From an uncultured Flavobacteriaceae bacterium (GTDB lineage: Bacteria > Bacteroidota > Bacteroidia > Flavobacteriales > Flavobacteriaceae), in the NCBI GenBank assembly GCA_947501625.1, contig CANMWN010000001.1, positions 381,319 to 445,318 on the forward strand: a stretch of 64,000 nucleotides of DNA, written 5' to 3'. A program made the translations under genes and the position numbers. The notes under the pieces were generated by a model that did not search any database, had not been told where the DNA came from, and was given only the letters and a program-made list of their open reading frames with translations. Positions 26,053 through 36,169 of this stretch are shown here, piece by piece (position 1 is the stretch's first letter; each line of letters starts with the position of its first letter).

Positions 26053-27201
26053 ATGAATTTTCCTAAAAAACTACATAAAAAACTAACTAAACGAAAAGAA
26101 GAAAATGCTTTGCGTCAACTTTCTATATCAACAGATTTGGTTGATTTTTCTTCCAATGATTATTTGGGTTTTGCAAAATCAAAAGAAATTTTTCAAAAAA
26201 CACATCAATATTTAATTGAGAATAGTTTGGAACAAAATGGAGCAACTGGTTCTAGATTGCTAACAGGAAATCATAAATTATATAATAACGTTGAAAAACT
26301 ATTGTGTAATTTTCATAATACGGCATCAGCCACCATTTTTAATTCAGGTTATGATGCTAATGTTGGTTTCTTTTCATCGGTTCCTCAAAAAGGAGATGTC
26401 ATTTTATATGACGCTTTAATTCATGCTTCTATACGAGACGGAATTAGACTTTCCAATGCTAAATCATATAGTTTTAAACACAATGATTTAGAAGATTTAA
26501 AAAAAAGAATTTTGTCTGTTCGAGCGCAGTCGAGAACTATTGATTCAGAAATATATATTGTTACCGAATCTATTTTCTCAATGGATGGAGATTCTCCAGA
26601 TTTAGTATCAATGTCTGAACTAGCCAAAAACAATAATGCTTATCTTGTTGTTGATGAAGCTCATGCAGTGGGAGTTTTTGGAAAGAATGGTTGTGGATTG
26701 ATACAGAAATTGGGATTAGAAAAAGATGTTTTTGCAAGAATAGTGACTTTTGGTAAGGCTTTAGGCTGTCATGGTGCAGCAATTTTGGGAAGTGAAGAAT
26801 TGAAATCGTATTTAACCAATTTTGCTCGTAGCCTAATTTATACAACTGCACTTCCTCCTCATTCCTTAGCAACAATTAAAGTTGCTTGCGAACAATTATT
26901 AATTACAGATTCTATTGAAAAACTACATCAAAACATTCAATATTTTAAATCAGAAATAAAGAAAAAAAACCTTCAAGAATTGTTTATTGACAGTAATTCT
27001 GCAATTCAATGTTGTATCATTTCAAGAAATGAAAATGTCAAAAGATCTTCAACTAAAATGAGGGAAAAAGGCTTTGATGTAAAACCAATTTTATCACCAA
27101 CAGTCTCAGAAGGACAAGAGCGATTACGTTTTTGTATTCATAGCTATAATTCAGAAGAAGAAATAGGCAAAGTTCTAAAACTACTCGCTACCTTTGTATA
27201 A
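26053..27201 (+). CDS. bioF: 8-amino-7-oxononanoate synthase BioF (class II PLP acyltransferase)
   Basis: 382 aa; PLP-Lys motif TFGKALG, and DEAHAVG. First gene of a bio cluster (bioD, bioA, bioB nearby). Confidence 0.75.
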   Translation: MNFPKKLHKKLTKRKEENALRQLSISTDLVDFSSNDYLGFAKSKEIFQKTHQYLIENSLEQNGATGSRLLTGNHKLYNNVEKLLCNFHNTASATIFNSGYDANVGFFSSVPQKGDVILYDALIHASIRDGIRLSNAKSYSFKHNDLEDLKKRILSVRAQSRTIDSEIYIVTESIFSMDGDSPDLVSMSELAKNNNAYLVVDEAHAVGVFGKNGCGLIQKLGLEKDVFARIVTFGKALGCHGAAILGSEELKSYLTNFARSLIYTTALPPHSLATIKVACEQLLITDSIEKLHQNIQYFKSEIKKKNLQELFIDSNSAIQCCIISRNENVKRSSTKMREKGFDVKPILSPTVSEGQERLRFCIHSYNSEEEIGKVLKLLATFV

Positions 27202-27214
27202 ATAAACAACCAAT

Positions 27215-27592
27215 ATGAATGATAATTATACAGTTTTAGCTGTTTTCGAATATTCAACAGAAGCAAATTTGATAAAATCAAAATTGGACTCAGAGAATAT
27301 TAGAACCTTATTGATGGATGAAAAAACTATCGATTCTGACCCATTAATTAGTCAAGCAATTGGTGGCGTTAAATTGCAAGTTCATAATGAAGATTTAGAC
27401 AAAGCAATTGAAATATATAATGAAATTAGAACATATAAAATTCAAGAGAATGGAGATCCTATTCACTGTCCTAATTGCAATTCAAATCGAATTTTAGGTG
27501 CTCCTGCAAAACGAAAGAATTTATTTTATATGTTATTTCCCTTTTTTGAAAAATCAAAGAATATTTGTAACGATTGTAAAACAGTTTTTTAA
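27215..27592 (+). CDS. DUF2007-like domain protein with a C-terminal zinc ribbon
   Basis: 125 aa; N-terminal putative signal-transducing DUF2007 fold and a CPNCNS...CNDC four-Cys ribbon. Confidence 0.4.
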   Translation: MNDNYTVLAVFEYSTEANLIKSKLDSENIRTLLMDEKTIDSDPLISQAIGGVKLQVHNEDLDKAIEIYNEIRTYKIQENGDPIHCPNCNSNRILGAPAKRKNLFYMLFPFFEKSKNICNDCKTVF

Positions 27593-27594
27593 GT

Positions 27595-28203
27595 ATGAAA
27601 AAATATTTCATTACAGGCATTTCTACAGAAGTAGGTAAGACAATTGCTTCTGCGATAATAGTTGAAGCGTTACAAGCAGATTATTGGAAACCCGTTCAGG
27701 CAGGTGAGTTAAAGAATTCGGATACACAAAAAATTCAAAATTTAATCAGTAATAAAAAATCTAAATTTCATCCAAATTCCTATGCATTAGAAACTCCTAT
27801 GAGCCCTCATGCAGCAGCAGAAATTGATGGAGTAATTATTGAATTGAAAAATATAAAGGAACCTAAGACAAAAAATAATTTAGTTGTTGAAGGTGCTGGA
27901 GGATTGCTAGTTCCATTAAACGATTCTAAAACAATTTTAGATATTATAAGACCTGAATACAAAGTGATTGTGGTTTCGCGTCATTATTTAGGGAGTATAA
28001 ATCATACATTATTAACAATAAAGTTATTGCTAGAAAAAGGATTTGACGTTTCAATTGTTTTTAGTGGAAATGAACATAAAACAACGGAAGACATTATTAA
28101 AAAAATGTCAAATATTGAAATAATAGGAAGGATTGAAGAAGAGCCTTATTTTGATAAAAATGTTATCAAAGAATATGCTGATTTGTTTAGAGATAAATTA
28201 TGA
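27595..28203 (+). CDS. bioD: Dethiobiotin synthetase BioD
   Basis: 202 aa; P-loop GISTEVGKT, then YWKPVQAG and VVEGAGG, which are BioD hallmarks. Confidence 0.85.
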   Translation: MKKYFITGISTEVGKTIASAIIVEALQADYWKPVQAGELKNSDTQKIQNLISNKKSKFHPNSYALETPMSPHAAAEIDGVIIELKNIKEPKTKNNLVVEGAGGLLVPLNDSKTILDIIRPEYKVIVVSRHYLGSINHTLLTIKLLLEKGFDVSIVFSGNEHKTTEDIIKKMSNIEIIGRIEEEPYFDKNVIKEYADLFRDKL

Positions 28204-29465
28204 GTTTACAAGAAAGAGATAAAAAACATTTGTGGCATCCACTAAAACAACACCAAACACATCCAGAAAGTTTGGCAATTGTAAAAGCAAATGGATGTAT
28301 TTTAACTGATGAAAATGGCAATGAATATATAGATGCGATTTCCTCTTGGTACACTTGTATGTATGGACATTGTAATGATTTTATTACTAGTAAAGTTTAC
28401 GAACAAATGCAGCAGTTGGATCAAGTAATGTTTAGTGATTTTACACACGAACCTGCTGTAAAACTTTCGGAAGAACTGATTGAAATTTTACCTAAAAATC
28501 AGAATAGAATCTTTTTTAATGACAATGGATCAACAGCTGTTGAAGCAAGTATTAAAATGGCACTGCAATACTATTATAATAAAGGAGAAAAACGCGCTAC
28601 ATTTATTGCTTTTGAAAACGGGTTTCATGGAGATACTTTTGGAGCGATGGGAGTTTCTGGACTATCGGTATATAATGGTCCATTTGAAGATTTACTGATT
28701 GATGTCTTAAGAATTCCAACTCCAAATGGAGTTAATCATCAAGAAATTTTAAGTTTATTAGAAAATTATATTTCCAATTATAAGATTGCGGGTTTTATAT
28801 ACGAACCCTTATTGCAAGGCGCTGCAGGAATGAAAATTCACGATGCAGAAGGATTGAATGAAATTTTGCGTTTTTGCAAAGAGCATAAAATCCTAACTAT
28901 TGCTGATGAGGTAATGACTGGTTTTGGAAAAACAGGTAAGAATTTTGCTTCCGATTTTATGCAAACAAAACCTGATATTATTTGCTTGAGTAAAGCCTTA
29001 ACTGCAGGTTTACTTCCTATGGCAATTACTTCATGTACCGAGGAGATTTACAACGCTTTTTTAAGTGATGAAATGTCTAAAGGGTTTTTCCATTGCCATA
29101 CGTATTCTGCCAATCCTGTTGCTTGTGCTGCAGCGATTGCTGGAATTGAATTATTAAAATCCGATGAAATCCAACAAAATATTAAAGAAATTATCGCTTC
29201 TCACAAGCAATTTAATGAACAAATAAAAAATCATCCTAAAGTAAAATCTACAAGACAGTTAGGAGTTGTTTTTGCACTTGATTTAAACACTCAAACAGAA
29301 CGTTATGGAGGCTTACGAGATAAGTTGTTGACATTTTTTATGGATAGAGGCGTATTCCTTCGACCATTAGGGAATACAATTTATATTCAAGTGCCTTATG
29401 TGATTACTAAAGAAGAGTTGGAAAAAGTATATAAAACTATTGAAGAGTCTCTTTCGATAGTTTAA
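28200..29465 (+). CDS. bioA: Adenosylmethionine-8-amino-7-oxononanoate aminotransferase BioA
   Basis: 421 aa class III aminotransferase; DEVMTGFGKTG PLP-Lys motif. Overlaps the bioD stop by 4 nt. Confidence 0.85.
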   Translation: MSLQERDKKHLWHPLKQHQTHPESLAIVKANGCILTDENGNEYIDAISSWYTCMYGHCNDFITSKVYEQMQQLDQVMFSDFTHEPAVKLSEELIEILPKNQNRIFFNDNGSTAVEASIKMALQYYYNKGEKRATFIAFENGFHGDTFGAMGVSGLSVYNGPFEDLLIDVLRIPTPNGVNHQEILSLLENYISNYKIAGFIYEPLLQGAAGMKIHDAEGLNEILRFCKEHKILTIADEVMTGFGKTGKNFASDFMQTKPDIICLSKALTAGLLPMAITSCTEEIYNAFLSDEMSKGFFHCHTYSANPVACAAAIAGIELLKSDEIQQNIKEIIASHKQFNEQIKNHPKVKSTRQLGVVFALDLNTQTERYGGLRDKLLTFFMDRGVFLRPLGNTIYIQVPYVITKEELEKVYKTIEESLSIV

Positions 29466-29490
29466 ATTTGCAGTTCGAAATCAACTTTTT

Positions 29491-30645
29491 ATGCAAAATC
29501 CAATTTCAATAACTTCTATGGCTTCTATTTCTTCTTTAGGAAGTCATCCTGAAACTATTTGGAAAAATTATTGTAACCCTAATCACAACTTTGTGTTGAA
29601 GGATTTTGGAAATTCAAAAGAATACATTGCTCCTTTATCAGATTTTGAAAATGTCGAAATTGAAAAATTAAGAGAGTCTAATAATAAGTATAAAAACCTA
29701 GACAAATCCGTTTTAATGGCGCTATTTGCTTCAAGAAAAGCAGTTGAAAATACCAATTGGAAAGATGGAGATTTTGGTATAAATATTGGTTCTTCCCGCG
29801 GAGCGACTTCGTTGTTCGAAAAGCATTACAAAGAATTTTTAGAAAGAAATAAGACTAATCCTTTAGCTTCACCTACCACAACTTTAGGAAATATTTCTTC
29901 TTGGATTGCTCATGACTTGCAATCGCAAGGACCAACTATTAGCCATTCTATTACTTGTTCAACTGCTCTACATGCTTTGATAAATGGAATAGCTTGGATT
30001 AACAGTGGAATGTGTGATAAATTTTTGGTTGGCGGAACTGAAGCACCATTGACCGATTTTACTATTGCTCAAATGAAAGCAATGAAGATTTATGCTTCTA
30101 ATGAGGAAACTTCTTATCCTTGCCGAACTTTAGATTTTGCAAAAAAGAAAAATACTATGATTTTGGGTGAAGGTGCCTCGATAATGTGTTTGCAAAAAGG
30201 GAAAAAAGAAAATGCAATAGCAACTATTGAAGGAATTGGTTATGCAACTGAAATTTTAGAGCACAATACTTCTATTTCTGATGATGCTCTATGTTTTCAA
30301 AAATCAATGAGTATGGCATTGAAAAACACTTCTCTTTCTGATGTAAATACCATTGTCATGCATGCGCCAGGAACTATTAAAGGTGATAGTTCAGAGTATA
30401 AGGCAATACAAACTATTTTTGGAGACTCTATTCCTGCACTCACTTCTAATAAATGGAAAATAGGACATACTTTTGGTGCTTCAGGTGCTTTGAGTTTAGA
30501 ATTCGCCATATTGATGTTACAACATCAAAAATTTATTGACATCCCTTTTTTAGAAAATCAAAAACACCCAAAACAACTTAAAAAAATACTCGTAAATGCT
30601 GTTGGTTTTGGCGGAAATGCAGTGAGTGTATTACTTAGTTTATAA
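29491..30645 (+). CDS. Beta-ketoacyl-ACP synthase-like condensing enzyme embedded in the bio operon (possible pimeloyl-ACP synthesis role)
   Basis: 384 aa thiolase-fold KAS I/II-like protein: active-site Cys (ITCSTALHA), His motifs (HAPGT; GHTFGASG). Confidence 0.65.
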   Translation: MQNPISITSMASISSLGSHPETIWKNYCNPNHNFVLKDFGNSKEYIAPLSDFENVEIEKLRESNNKYKNLDKSVLMALFASRKAVENTNWKDGDFGINIGSSRGATSLFEKHYKEFLERNKTNPLASPTTTLGNISSWIAHDLQSQGPTISHSITCSTALHALINGIAWINSGMCDKFLVGGTEAPLTDFTIAQMKAMKIYASNEETSYPCRTLDFAKKKNTMILGEGASIMCLQKGKKENAIATIEGIGYATEILEHNTSISDDALCFQKSMSMALKNTSLSDVNTIVMHAPGTIKGDSSEYKAIQTIFGDSIPALTSNKWKIGHTFGASGALSLEFAILMLQHQKFIDIPFLENQKHPKQLKKILVNAVGFGGNAVSVLLSL

Positions 30646-30705
30646 TTTGTTTTATAGGTTCATTTAAATTATATTTGAGTTTACTAAACTTTTAAAATTA
30701 TTGTT

Positions 30706-31281
30706 ATGATTGAATGGTATTCTGATCTTGAATTATTTCCTAAAATTTATTGGTCTATAGCATTATTAGGCTCATTAATATTTATTATAACTTTAATATT
30801 AACTTTTCTTGGTGGTGAAGTTGATGATGTTGGAGATGTCGATGCAGAAGTTAGTGCTGATATGGGTGCTGGATTTCAATTTATTACTTTTAAAAATTTA
30901 GTAGGCTTTTTTACAATATTCGGTTGGAGTGGAATAGCTTGTATTGACTCAAACTTATCTAGACCAACTACAATTATAATATCAGTTATTTGTGGATTGA
31001 TAATGATGGTAATTATGGCTGCTATGTTTTTTTATATGAAAAAATTGAATGATAGTGGAACACTTCAGTTGAAAAATGCTAAAAATGCAGTCGGAGAAGT
31101 TTATTTAACTATTGGCGCTAATAGATCGAGAATAGGTAAGGTGAGTGTTAGAATTCAAGGAGCCTTAAGAGAATTGGAGGCTATCACTGACTCTGAATCT
31201 GATTTAGAAACTGGAACAGTAATTAAAGTCAAGGATATTACTGATAACGGAATATTAATTGTTGAACTACTTAAAAACTAA
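30706..31281 (+). CDS. NfeD-like membrane protein (flotillin-associated, OB-fold C-terminus)
   Basis: 191 aa; N-terminal TM helices and a C-terminal beta-rich segment. Immediately upstream of the flotillin gene (3-nt gap), the typical nfeD-floT pairing. Confidence 0.5.
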   Translation: MIEWYSDLELFPKIYWSIALLGSLIFIITLILTFLGGEVDDVGDVDAEVSADMGAGFQFITFKNLVGFFTIFGWSGIACIDSNLSRPTTIIISVICGLIMMVIMAAMFFYMKKLNDSGTLQLKNAKNAVGEVYLTIGANRSRIGKVSVRIQGALRELEAITDSESDLETGTVIKVKDITDNGILIVELLKN

Positions 31282-31283
31282 CT

Positions 31284-32717
31284 ATGACTACATTTTCTTT
31301 ACAAGCAAGTGCTTTTGGATTGCCTTTAGCAATTATATTTGCCATTCTATTTATTTTCCTATTTCTTATAATTCTAATAAGACGCTATAAAAGGTGTCCT
31401 TCAGATAGAATTTTAGTTGTTTATGGAAAAGTTGGTGGTGGAAAATCGGCTAAATGTATTCATGGTGGTGCAGCATTTATTTTACCAGTTATTCAAGATT
31501 ATCAATTTTTAGATTTAACTCCTATATCAATAGAAGTAAATTTAGTTAACGCACTTTCTAAACAAAACATTCGTGTGAATGTTCCTTCTCGTTTCACAAT
31601 TGGTATTTCAACTGAACCTGGAATTATGCAGAATGCTGCTGAAAGACTTTTAGGGTTGAATCAAGATAACATTCAAGAATTAGCTCAAGAAATTATTTTC
31701 GGACAATTACGTTTAGTAGTTGCTTCAATGGATATTGAAGAGATAAATTCAGATAGAGATAAATTTTTATCAAATATTTCTCAGAGTGTTGAGTCTGAAC
31801 TTAAAAAAGTAGGTTTAAAATTAATAAATGTAAATATTACTGATATTGTTGATGAGTCAGGATACATTGAAGCATTAGGTAAAGAGGCCGCTGCTCATGC
31901 AATAAATGCTGCTAGAAAATCTGTTGCAGAAAAAACTAGAGATGGTTCTATTGGTGAAGCAAATGCTGTTCAAGATGAAAGAACTCAAGTCGCTGCTGCT
32001 AATGCACAAGCTGTTGAAGGAGAAAATACGGCTAAAATTGCTGTTGCTAATTCTGATTCATTACGTAGGCAAAGAGAAGCTGAAGCTGAACGCGTTGCTA
32101 TTGCGTCAGAAAAAGTACAAACAGCAAAAGCATTAGAAGAATCTTATGCAGCAGAAAAAGAAGCTGAATCTGCAAGAGCAGAAAGAGAACGTTCTTCTCA
32201 AATGGCAGATATTATTGTTCCAGCTGAAATTGATAAACGAAAAGTTGAAATTGATGCAGAAGCAGAAGCAGAACGAATAAGAAGAAGAGCGAAAGGTGAA
32301 GCAGATGCAATATTATTTAAAGCTCAAGCTGAAGCAAAAGGTTTATACGAAGTTTTAACTAAGCAAGCACAAGGTTTAGATCAGATTGTAAAAGCTGCAG
32401 GAAATAATTCTAAAGATGCTGTATTATTATTAATTGCTGATAAACTGCCAGAATTAGTTAAAACACAAGCTGAAGCTATTAAAAATATTAAGATTGATAA
32501 AGTAACAGTTTGGGAAAATGGAAATGGTAAAGATGGTAAATCCTCTACTTCAAATTTCATTTCAGGCATGTACAAAGCTGTACCTCCTTTACAAGAAATG
32601 TTTAATATGGCAGGTATGGACTTGCCGGAATATTTAAAAGGAAAAGAAAAAATAGAAGACGTAAAAGAAATAAAAAATCCTAAAATTGACCCTAAAAAAA
32701 CAGAGGATAAAAAATAG
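31284..32717 (+). CDS. Flotillin-family SPFH/band-7 protein
   Basis: 477 aa; N-terminal TM, SPFH domain, and a long Ala/Glu-rich coiled coil (AEAERVA..EKVQTAKA..). Confidence 0.75.
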   Translation: MTTFSLQASAFGLPLAIIFAILFIFLFLIILIRRYKRCPSDRILVVYGKVGGGKSAKCIHGGAAFILPVIQDYQFLDLTPISIEVNLVNALSKQNIRVNVPSRFTIGISTEPGIMQNAAERLLGLNQDNIQELAQEIIFGQLRLVVASMDIEEINSDRDKFLSNISQSVESELKKVGLKLINVNITDIVDESGYIEALGKEAAAHAINAARKSVAEKTRDGSIGEANAVQDERTQVAAANAQAVEGENTAKIAVANSDSLRRQREAEAERVAIASEKVQTAKALEESYAAEKEAESARAERERSSQMADIIVPAEIDKRKVEIDAEAEAERIRRRAKGEADAILFKAQAEAKGLYEVLTKQAQGLDQIVKAAGNNSKDAVLLLIADKLPELVKTQAEAIKNIKIDKVTVWENGNGKDGKSSTSNFISGMYKAVPPLQEMFNMAGMDLPEYLKGKEKIEDVKEIKNPKIDPKKTEDKK

Positions 32718-32748
32718 GATAAATTCAATTTAAAGGAATAGATTTTTT

Positions 32749-32756
32749 TACATTTG
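32749..32756 (+). promoter_or_regulatory. Bacteroidetes sigmaA -7 box (TAcaTTTG) upstream of bioB
   Basis: tacatttg is about 20 nt upstream of the bioB ATG at 32776. Confidence 0.4.
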
Positions 32757-32775
32757 CCAAACTAAACAAGACTTT

Positions 32776-33879
32776 ATGAGCGTAGTAAGACACGATTGGA
32801 CAAGAGAAGAAATATTAGAGATTTACAACAAGCCAATGATGGAGTTGTTGTATGAAGCTGCAAGTGTACATCGTGCAAATCACGATCCTAATCTAGTTCA
32901 AGTTTCAACATTACTTTCTATTAAAACTGGTGGTTGCCCAGAAGATTGTGGATATTGTCCACAAGCAGCAAGATATCATACCGACATTGAAGGTAATGAC
33001 TTAATGAGTGTTCAGCAAGTAAAAGCACAAGCCTTGCAAGCAAAATCTGGAGGTTCTTCTAGAGTATGTATGGGTGCTTCTTGGAGAAATGTAAAAGACG
33101 GTCCTGAGTTTGAACAGGTGTTGGAAATGGTTAGAACTATTAACAAACTAGATATGGAAGTTTGTTGTACGCTAGGAATGTTGACCGAGAATCAAGCACA
33201 AAGATTAGCTGAAGCAGGTTTATATGCCTATAATCACAATTTAGACACTTCTGAAGAATATTATAAAGAGGTAATCTCAACTCGAGGTTATGAAGATAGA
33301 ATTAAGACCATTGAAAACGTTCGTAAAACTAACGTAACAGTTTGTTCAGGTGGAATAATTGGAATGGGAGAAAAATTGGAAGACAGAGCTGGAATGTTAG
33401 TTTCACTTTCTACTTTTAATCCTCATCCAGAATCAGTTCCTATCAATGCATTAGTTCCTGTTGAAGGAACGCCATTGGAAGAACAACAAGTTGTTGAAAT
33501 TTGGGAAATGATTAGAATGGTTGCGACTGCAAGAATTGTAATGCCTAAAACTCAAGTAAGATTGAGTGCTGGAAGAACACAAATGTCGCAAGAAGGTCAA
33601 GCGATGTGTTTCTTTGCTGGTGCTAATTCAATATTTGCAGGTAATAAATTATTAACAACTCCAAATCCTGATGTAAATGAGGATATGAAAATGTTTGATA
33701 AACTTGGATTAACTCCAAGTAAGCCATTTATCAATATTATGAAAAAACCTGAAACTGTTGAGGCAGCAGATTCTAAATTTAAGCCGTTGGGTGAGAAACC
33801 AAAGTGGACACGTCCTGAACACAAAATTGAACGAAATGAAGAGGCTAAAGAAAAAGCCAAAGAATTGAGAAAAGTATAA
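32776..33879 (+). CDS. bioB: Biotin synthase BioB (radical SAM)
   Basis: 367 aa; CPEDCGYCPQ radical-SAM cluster motif and the downstream CxxxGxxxxxR/auxiliary cluster residues. Separated from bioFDA by the nfeD-flotillin pair. Confidence 0.9.
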   Translation: MSVVRHDWTREEILEIYNKPMMELLYEAASVHRANHDPNLVQVSTLLSIKTGGCPEDCGYCPQAARYHTDIEGNDLMSVQQVKAQALQAKSGGSSRVCMGASWRNVKDGPEFEQVLEMVRTINKLDMEVCCTLGMLTENQAQRLAEAGLYAYNHNLDTSEEYYKEVISTRGYEDRIKTIENVRKTNVTVCSGGIIGMGEKLEDRAGMLVSLSTFNPHPESVPINALVPVEGTPLEEQQVVEIWEMIRMVATARIVMPKTQVRLSAGRTQMSQEGQAMCFFAGANSIFAGNKLLTTPNPDVNEDMKMFDKLGLTPSKPFINIMKKPETVEAADSKFKPLGEKPKWTRPEHKIERNEEAKEKAKELRKV

Positions 33880-33881
33880 AT

Positions 33882-33917
33882 AAAAAAACTCCGAAGATTT
33901 CTTCGGAGTTTTTTTAT
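33882..33917. terminator. Bidirectional Rho-independent terminator (bioB / rseP convergent)
   Basis: ctccgaagatttcttcggag hairpin flanked by an A-run and a T-run. Confidence 0.75.
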
Positions 33918-33935
33918 GTTATTTTTTACTGGTTT

Positions 33936-35267
33936 TTATAATTGTCCAGTTATCCATTTATAAATGTCATTACCATTAGCAAGTAACAGTAGTGCCATTA
34001 ATAAAACAAATCCAGTGATTTGAGCGTATTCTAAGAATTTGTCACTAGGTTTTTTACCAGTTATCATTTCCCATAAAGTAAACATGACATGACCTCCATC
34101 TAATGCAGGAATTGGTAGTAAGTTCATAAATCCAAGCATTAAAGATAAAAAGGCTGTGATTGCCCAGAATGCTGGCCAACTCCAAGTTGAAGGAAAGATA
34201 CTTCCAATAGCAATAAACCCTCCTAAACTACTTGCACCTTTAGAAGTAAATACAAATTTGAATTGAACTACAATATCATGTAATTTCCAATATGCTTCAG
34301 AAACACCTCTAGAGATACTTTCTGAAAAACTATATGAAATATCAGTCGTCTTTATATAGTCTTTATCTGTTGGTTTTGGAGCAATTCCAATTTTACCTTT
34401 TTTTCCAAGAGTAACAGTTAAATCTTTTAATTCACCATTACGTTCAACTTTTAGATTTACAGTTTCTTTTGAATTTTGTATTCCGTAAGTAACATCAGAC
34501 CAGTATTCAACTGGTTTTTCATTTACTGCAATTATTTTGTCGGATTTTAATAAACCTGCTTGTGCAGCAGTTGAGCCTTCAACAACCGAATCTAAAACAA
34601 AAGGAAAACGAGGTGACATTGCTGTCATCCCACTACTTTTGAAAATCTGCATATCAATATCCTCAGGAAGTTTTATTTGCTCTGTTTCACCGTTTAGATG
34701 TTTTACGGTAAGTGTTTTTGTGCCTCTCAACAAAAGAAAATTATTAATATCTCTTACATCCGTCATTTCCTTTCCATCAGCCAACAATAATTGGTCTCCT
34801 TGTTGCACACCATAATCTTCCAATACTTTTGCTACTCCAAAACCATATTTTACATCTTCAGTTTTTACGGTATTTTCTCCCCAAATACTGAATATCATGA
34901 TATAAATTAAAAAACCTAAAATAAAGTTTACAATAACTCCACCAAGCATAATAATCAAACGCTGCCATGCTGGTTTTGAACGGAATTCCCAAGGTTGCGC
35001 TGGTTGTTTCATTTGCTCAGTATCCATACTTTCATCAATCATCCCAGATATTTTTACATATCCTCCAAGTGGCAACCATCCAACTCCATATTCAGTTCCT
35101 CCTTTAGTGAATTTGAATAACTTCTTTCCCCAAGCATCAAAAAATAAATAGAATTTTTCAACTCTAGTTTTGAATAGTTTGGCAGGAATAAAATGTCCTA
35201 ATTCGTGCAAAACAATTAAAAATGATAAACTCAATAAAAATTGTGCTGCTTTTATTAATATCTCCAT
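33936..35267 (-). CDS. rseP: RIP site-2 zinc metalloprotease RseP
   Basis: 443 aa; HELGH zinc motif in TM1, PDZ domain(s), and a C-terminal LDGG motif. Confidence 0.85.
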   Translation of the reverse strand: MEILIKAAQFLLSLSFLIVLHELGHFIPAKLFKTRVEKFYLFFDAWGKKLFKFTKGGTEYGVGWLPLGGYVKISGMIDESMDTEQMKQPAQPWEFRSKPAWQRLIIMLGGVIVNFILGFLIYIMIFSIWGENTVKTEDVKYGFGVAKVLEDYGVQQGDQLLLADGKEMTDVRDINNFLLLRGTKTLTVKHLNGETEQIKLPEDIDMQIFKSSGMTAMSPRFPFVLDSVVEGSTAAQAGLLKSDKIIAVNEKPVEYWSDVTYGIQNSKETVNLKVERNGELKDLTVTLGKKGKIGIAPKPTDKDYIKTTDISYSFSESISRGVSEAYWKLHDIVVQFKFVFTSKGASSLGGFIAIGSIFPSTWSWPAFWAITAFLSLMLGFMNLLPIPALDGGHVMFTLWEMITGKKPSDKFLEYAQITGFVLLMALLLLANGNDIYKWITGQL

Positions 35268-35397
35268 ATACTTTTTCTAATTCTTAAAAAACGCACAAAT
35301 GTACGGTTTTAAATATAGTTTTAAAACTTTAATAGCTTGTAAACCTTTTGTTTTAACAAAGTTTTATCAATGAATTGAAAAAAAATGTTGATTATTG

Positions 35398-35405
35398 TAC
35401 ATTTG
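35398..35405 (+). promoter_or_regulatory. Bacteroidetes sigmaA -7 box (TAcaTTTG) upstream of the SCO1 gene
   Basis: tacatttg is about 20 nt upstream of the ATG at 35425. Confidence 0.4.
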
Positions 35406-35424
35406 CCAAAAATAATGCTGTAAA

Positions 35425-36102
35425 ATGAATATTAAATTTATCAAAAAATCATTTCCACTACTTTTAATAATGGCTGTATTTTCAGTTATTATGGTTTTTA
35501 TTATTTATTCAATTTTAAACCCTCAAAAGAGATTGCCAGTTTATAATCCTGCTGATGTAAATCCTAGATTGGTAGATAAATCAATAAAACACGTTCGTAA
35601 AAATCATAAGATTGCAGATTTTTCTTTAATCAATCAAAATGGAGAAACAATTACTCAAGATGATTATAATGACAAAATTTACGTAGCCGATTTTTTCTTT
35701 ACACGTTGTCAATCTATTTGCCCTGTAATGACAAATAATATGGCAAAAATTCAAGAAGAATTTAAAGAAGATAATGCAATTAAATTTTTATCACACTCTG
35801 TAACTCCTGTGATGGACAGTATTCCTGTTTTAAGGGAATATGCTGATATGAAGGGAGTTATTGATTCAAAATGGAATGTAACTACTGGAGATAAAAAACA
35901 CATTTATGATTTGGCTCGAAAAAGTTATTTTGCTGTTCTTGACGAAGGAGATGGTGGCGATCAAGATTTTATTCATACCGAAAATTTTGTACTTGTGGAT
36001 AAAAAACGACAAATTCGCGGTTACTACGATGGAACTGATGATGAAGAAATGAAAGAATTAATTGAAGACATTAAATTACTTCAACAAGAGTATTCTAAAT
36101 AA
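35425..36102 (+). CDS. SCO1/SenC-family copper chaperone (thioredoxin fold)
   Basis: 225 aa; N-terminal TM anchor and the CxxxC copper-binding motif (CQSICP) in a thioredoxin-like domain. Confidence 0.8.
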   Translation: MNIKFIKKSFPLLLIMAVFSVIMVFIIYSILNPQKRLPVYNPADVNPRLVDKSIKHVRKNHKIADFSLINQNGETITQDDYNDKIYVADFFFTRCQSICPVMTNNMAKIQEEFKEDNAIKFLSHSVTPVMDSIPVLREYADMKGVIDSKWNVTTGDKKHIYDLARKSYFAVLDEGDGGDQDFIHTENFVLVDKKRQIRGYYDGTDDEEMKELIEDIKLLQQEYSK

Positions 36103-36139
36103 CTACAAATTTTTCTACTTTAGAATGATTCTAATTTAG

Positions 36140-36147
36140 TATATTTG
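36140..36147 (+). promoter_or_regulatory. Bacteroidetes sigmaA -7 box (TAtaTTTG) upstream of feoA
   Basis: tatatttg is about 23 nt upstream of the feoA ATG. Confidence 0.4.
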
Positions 36148-36169
36148 CCTTTCATTTTTTTTGCATTAA

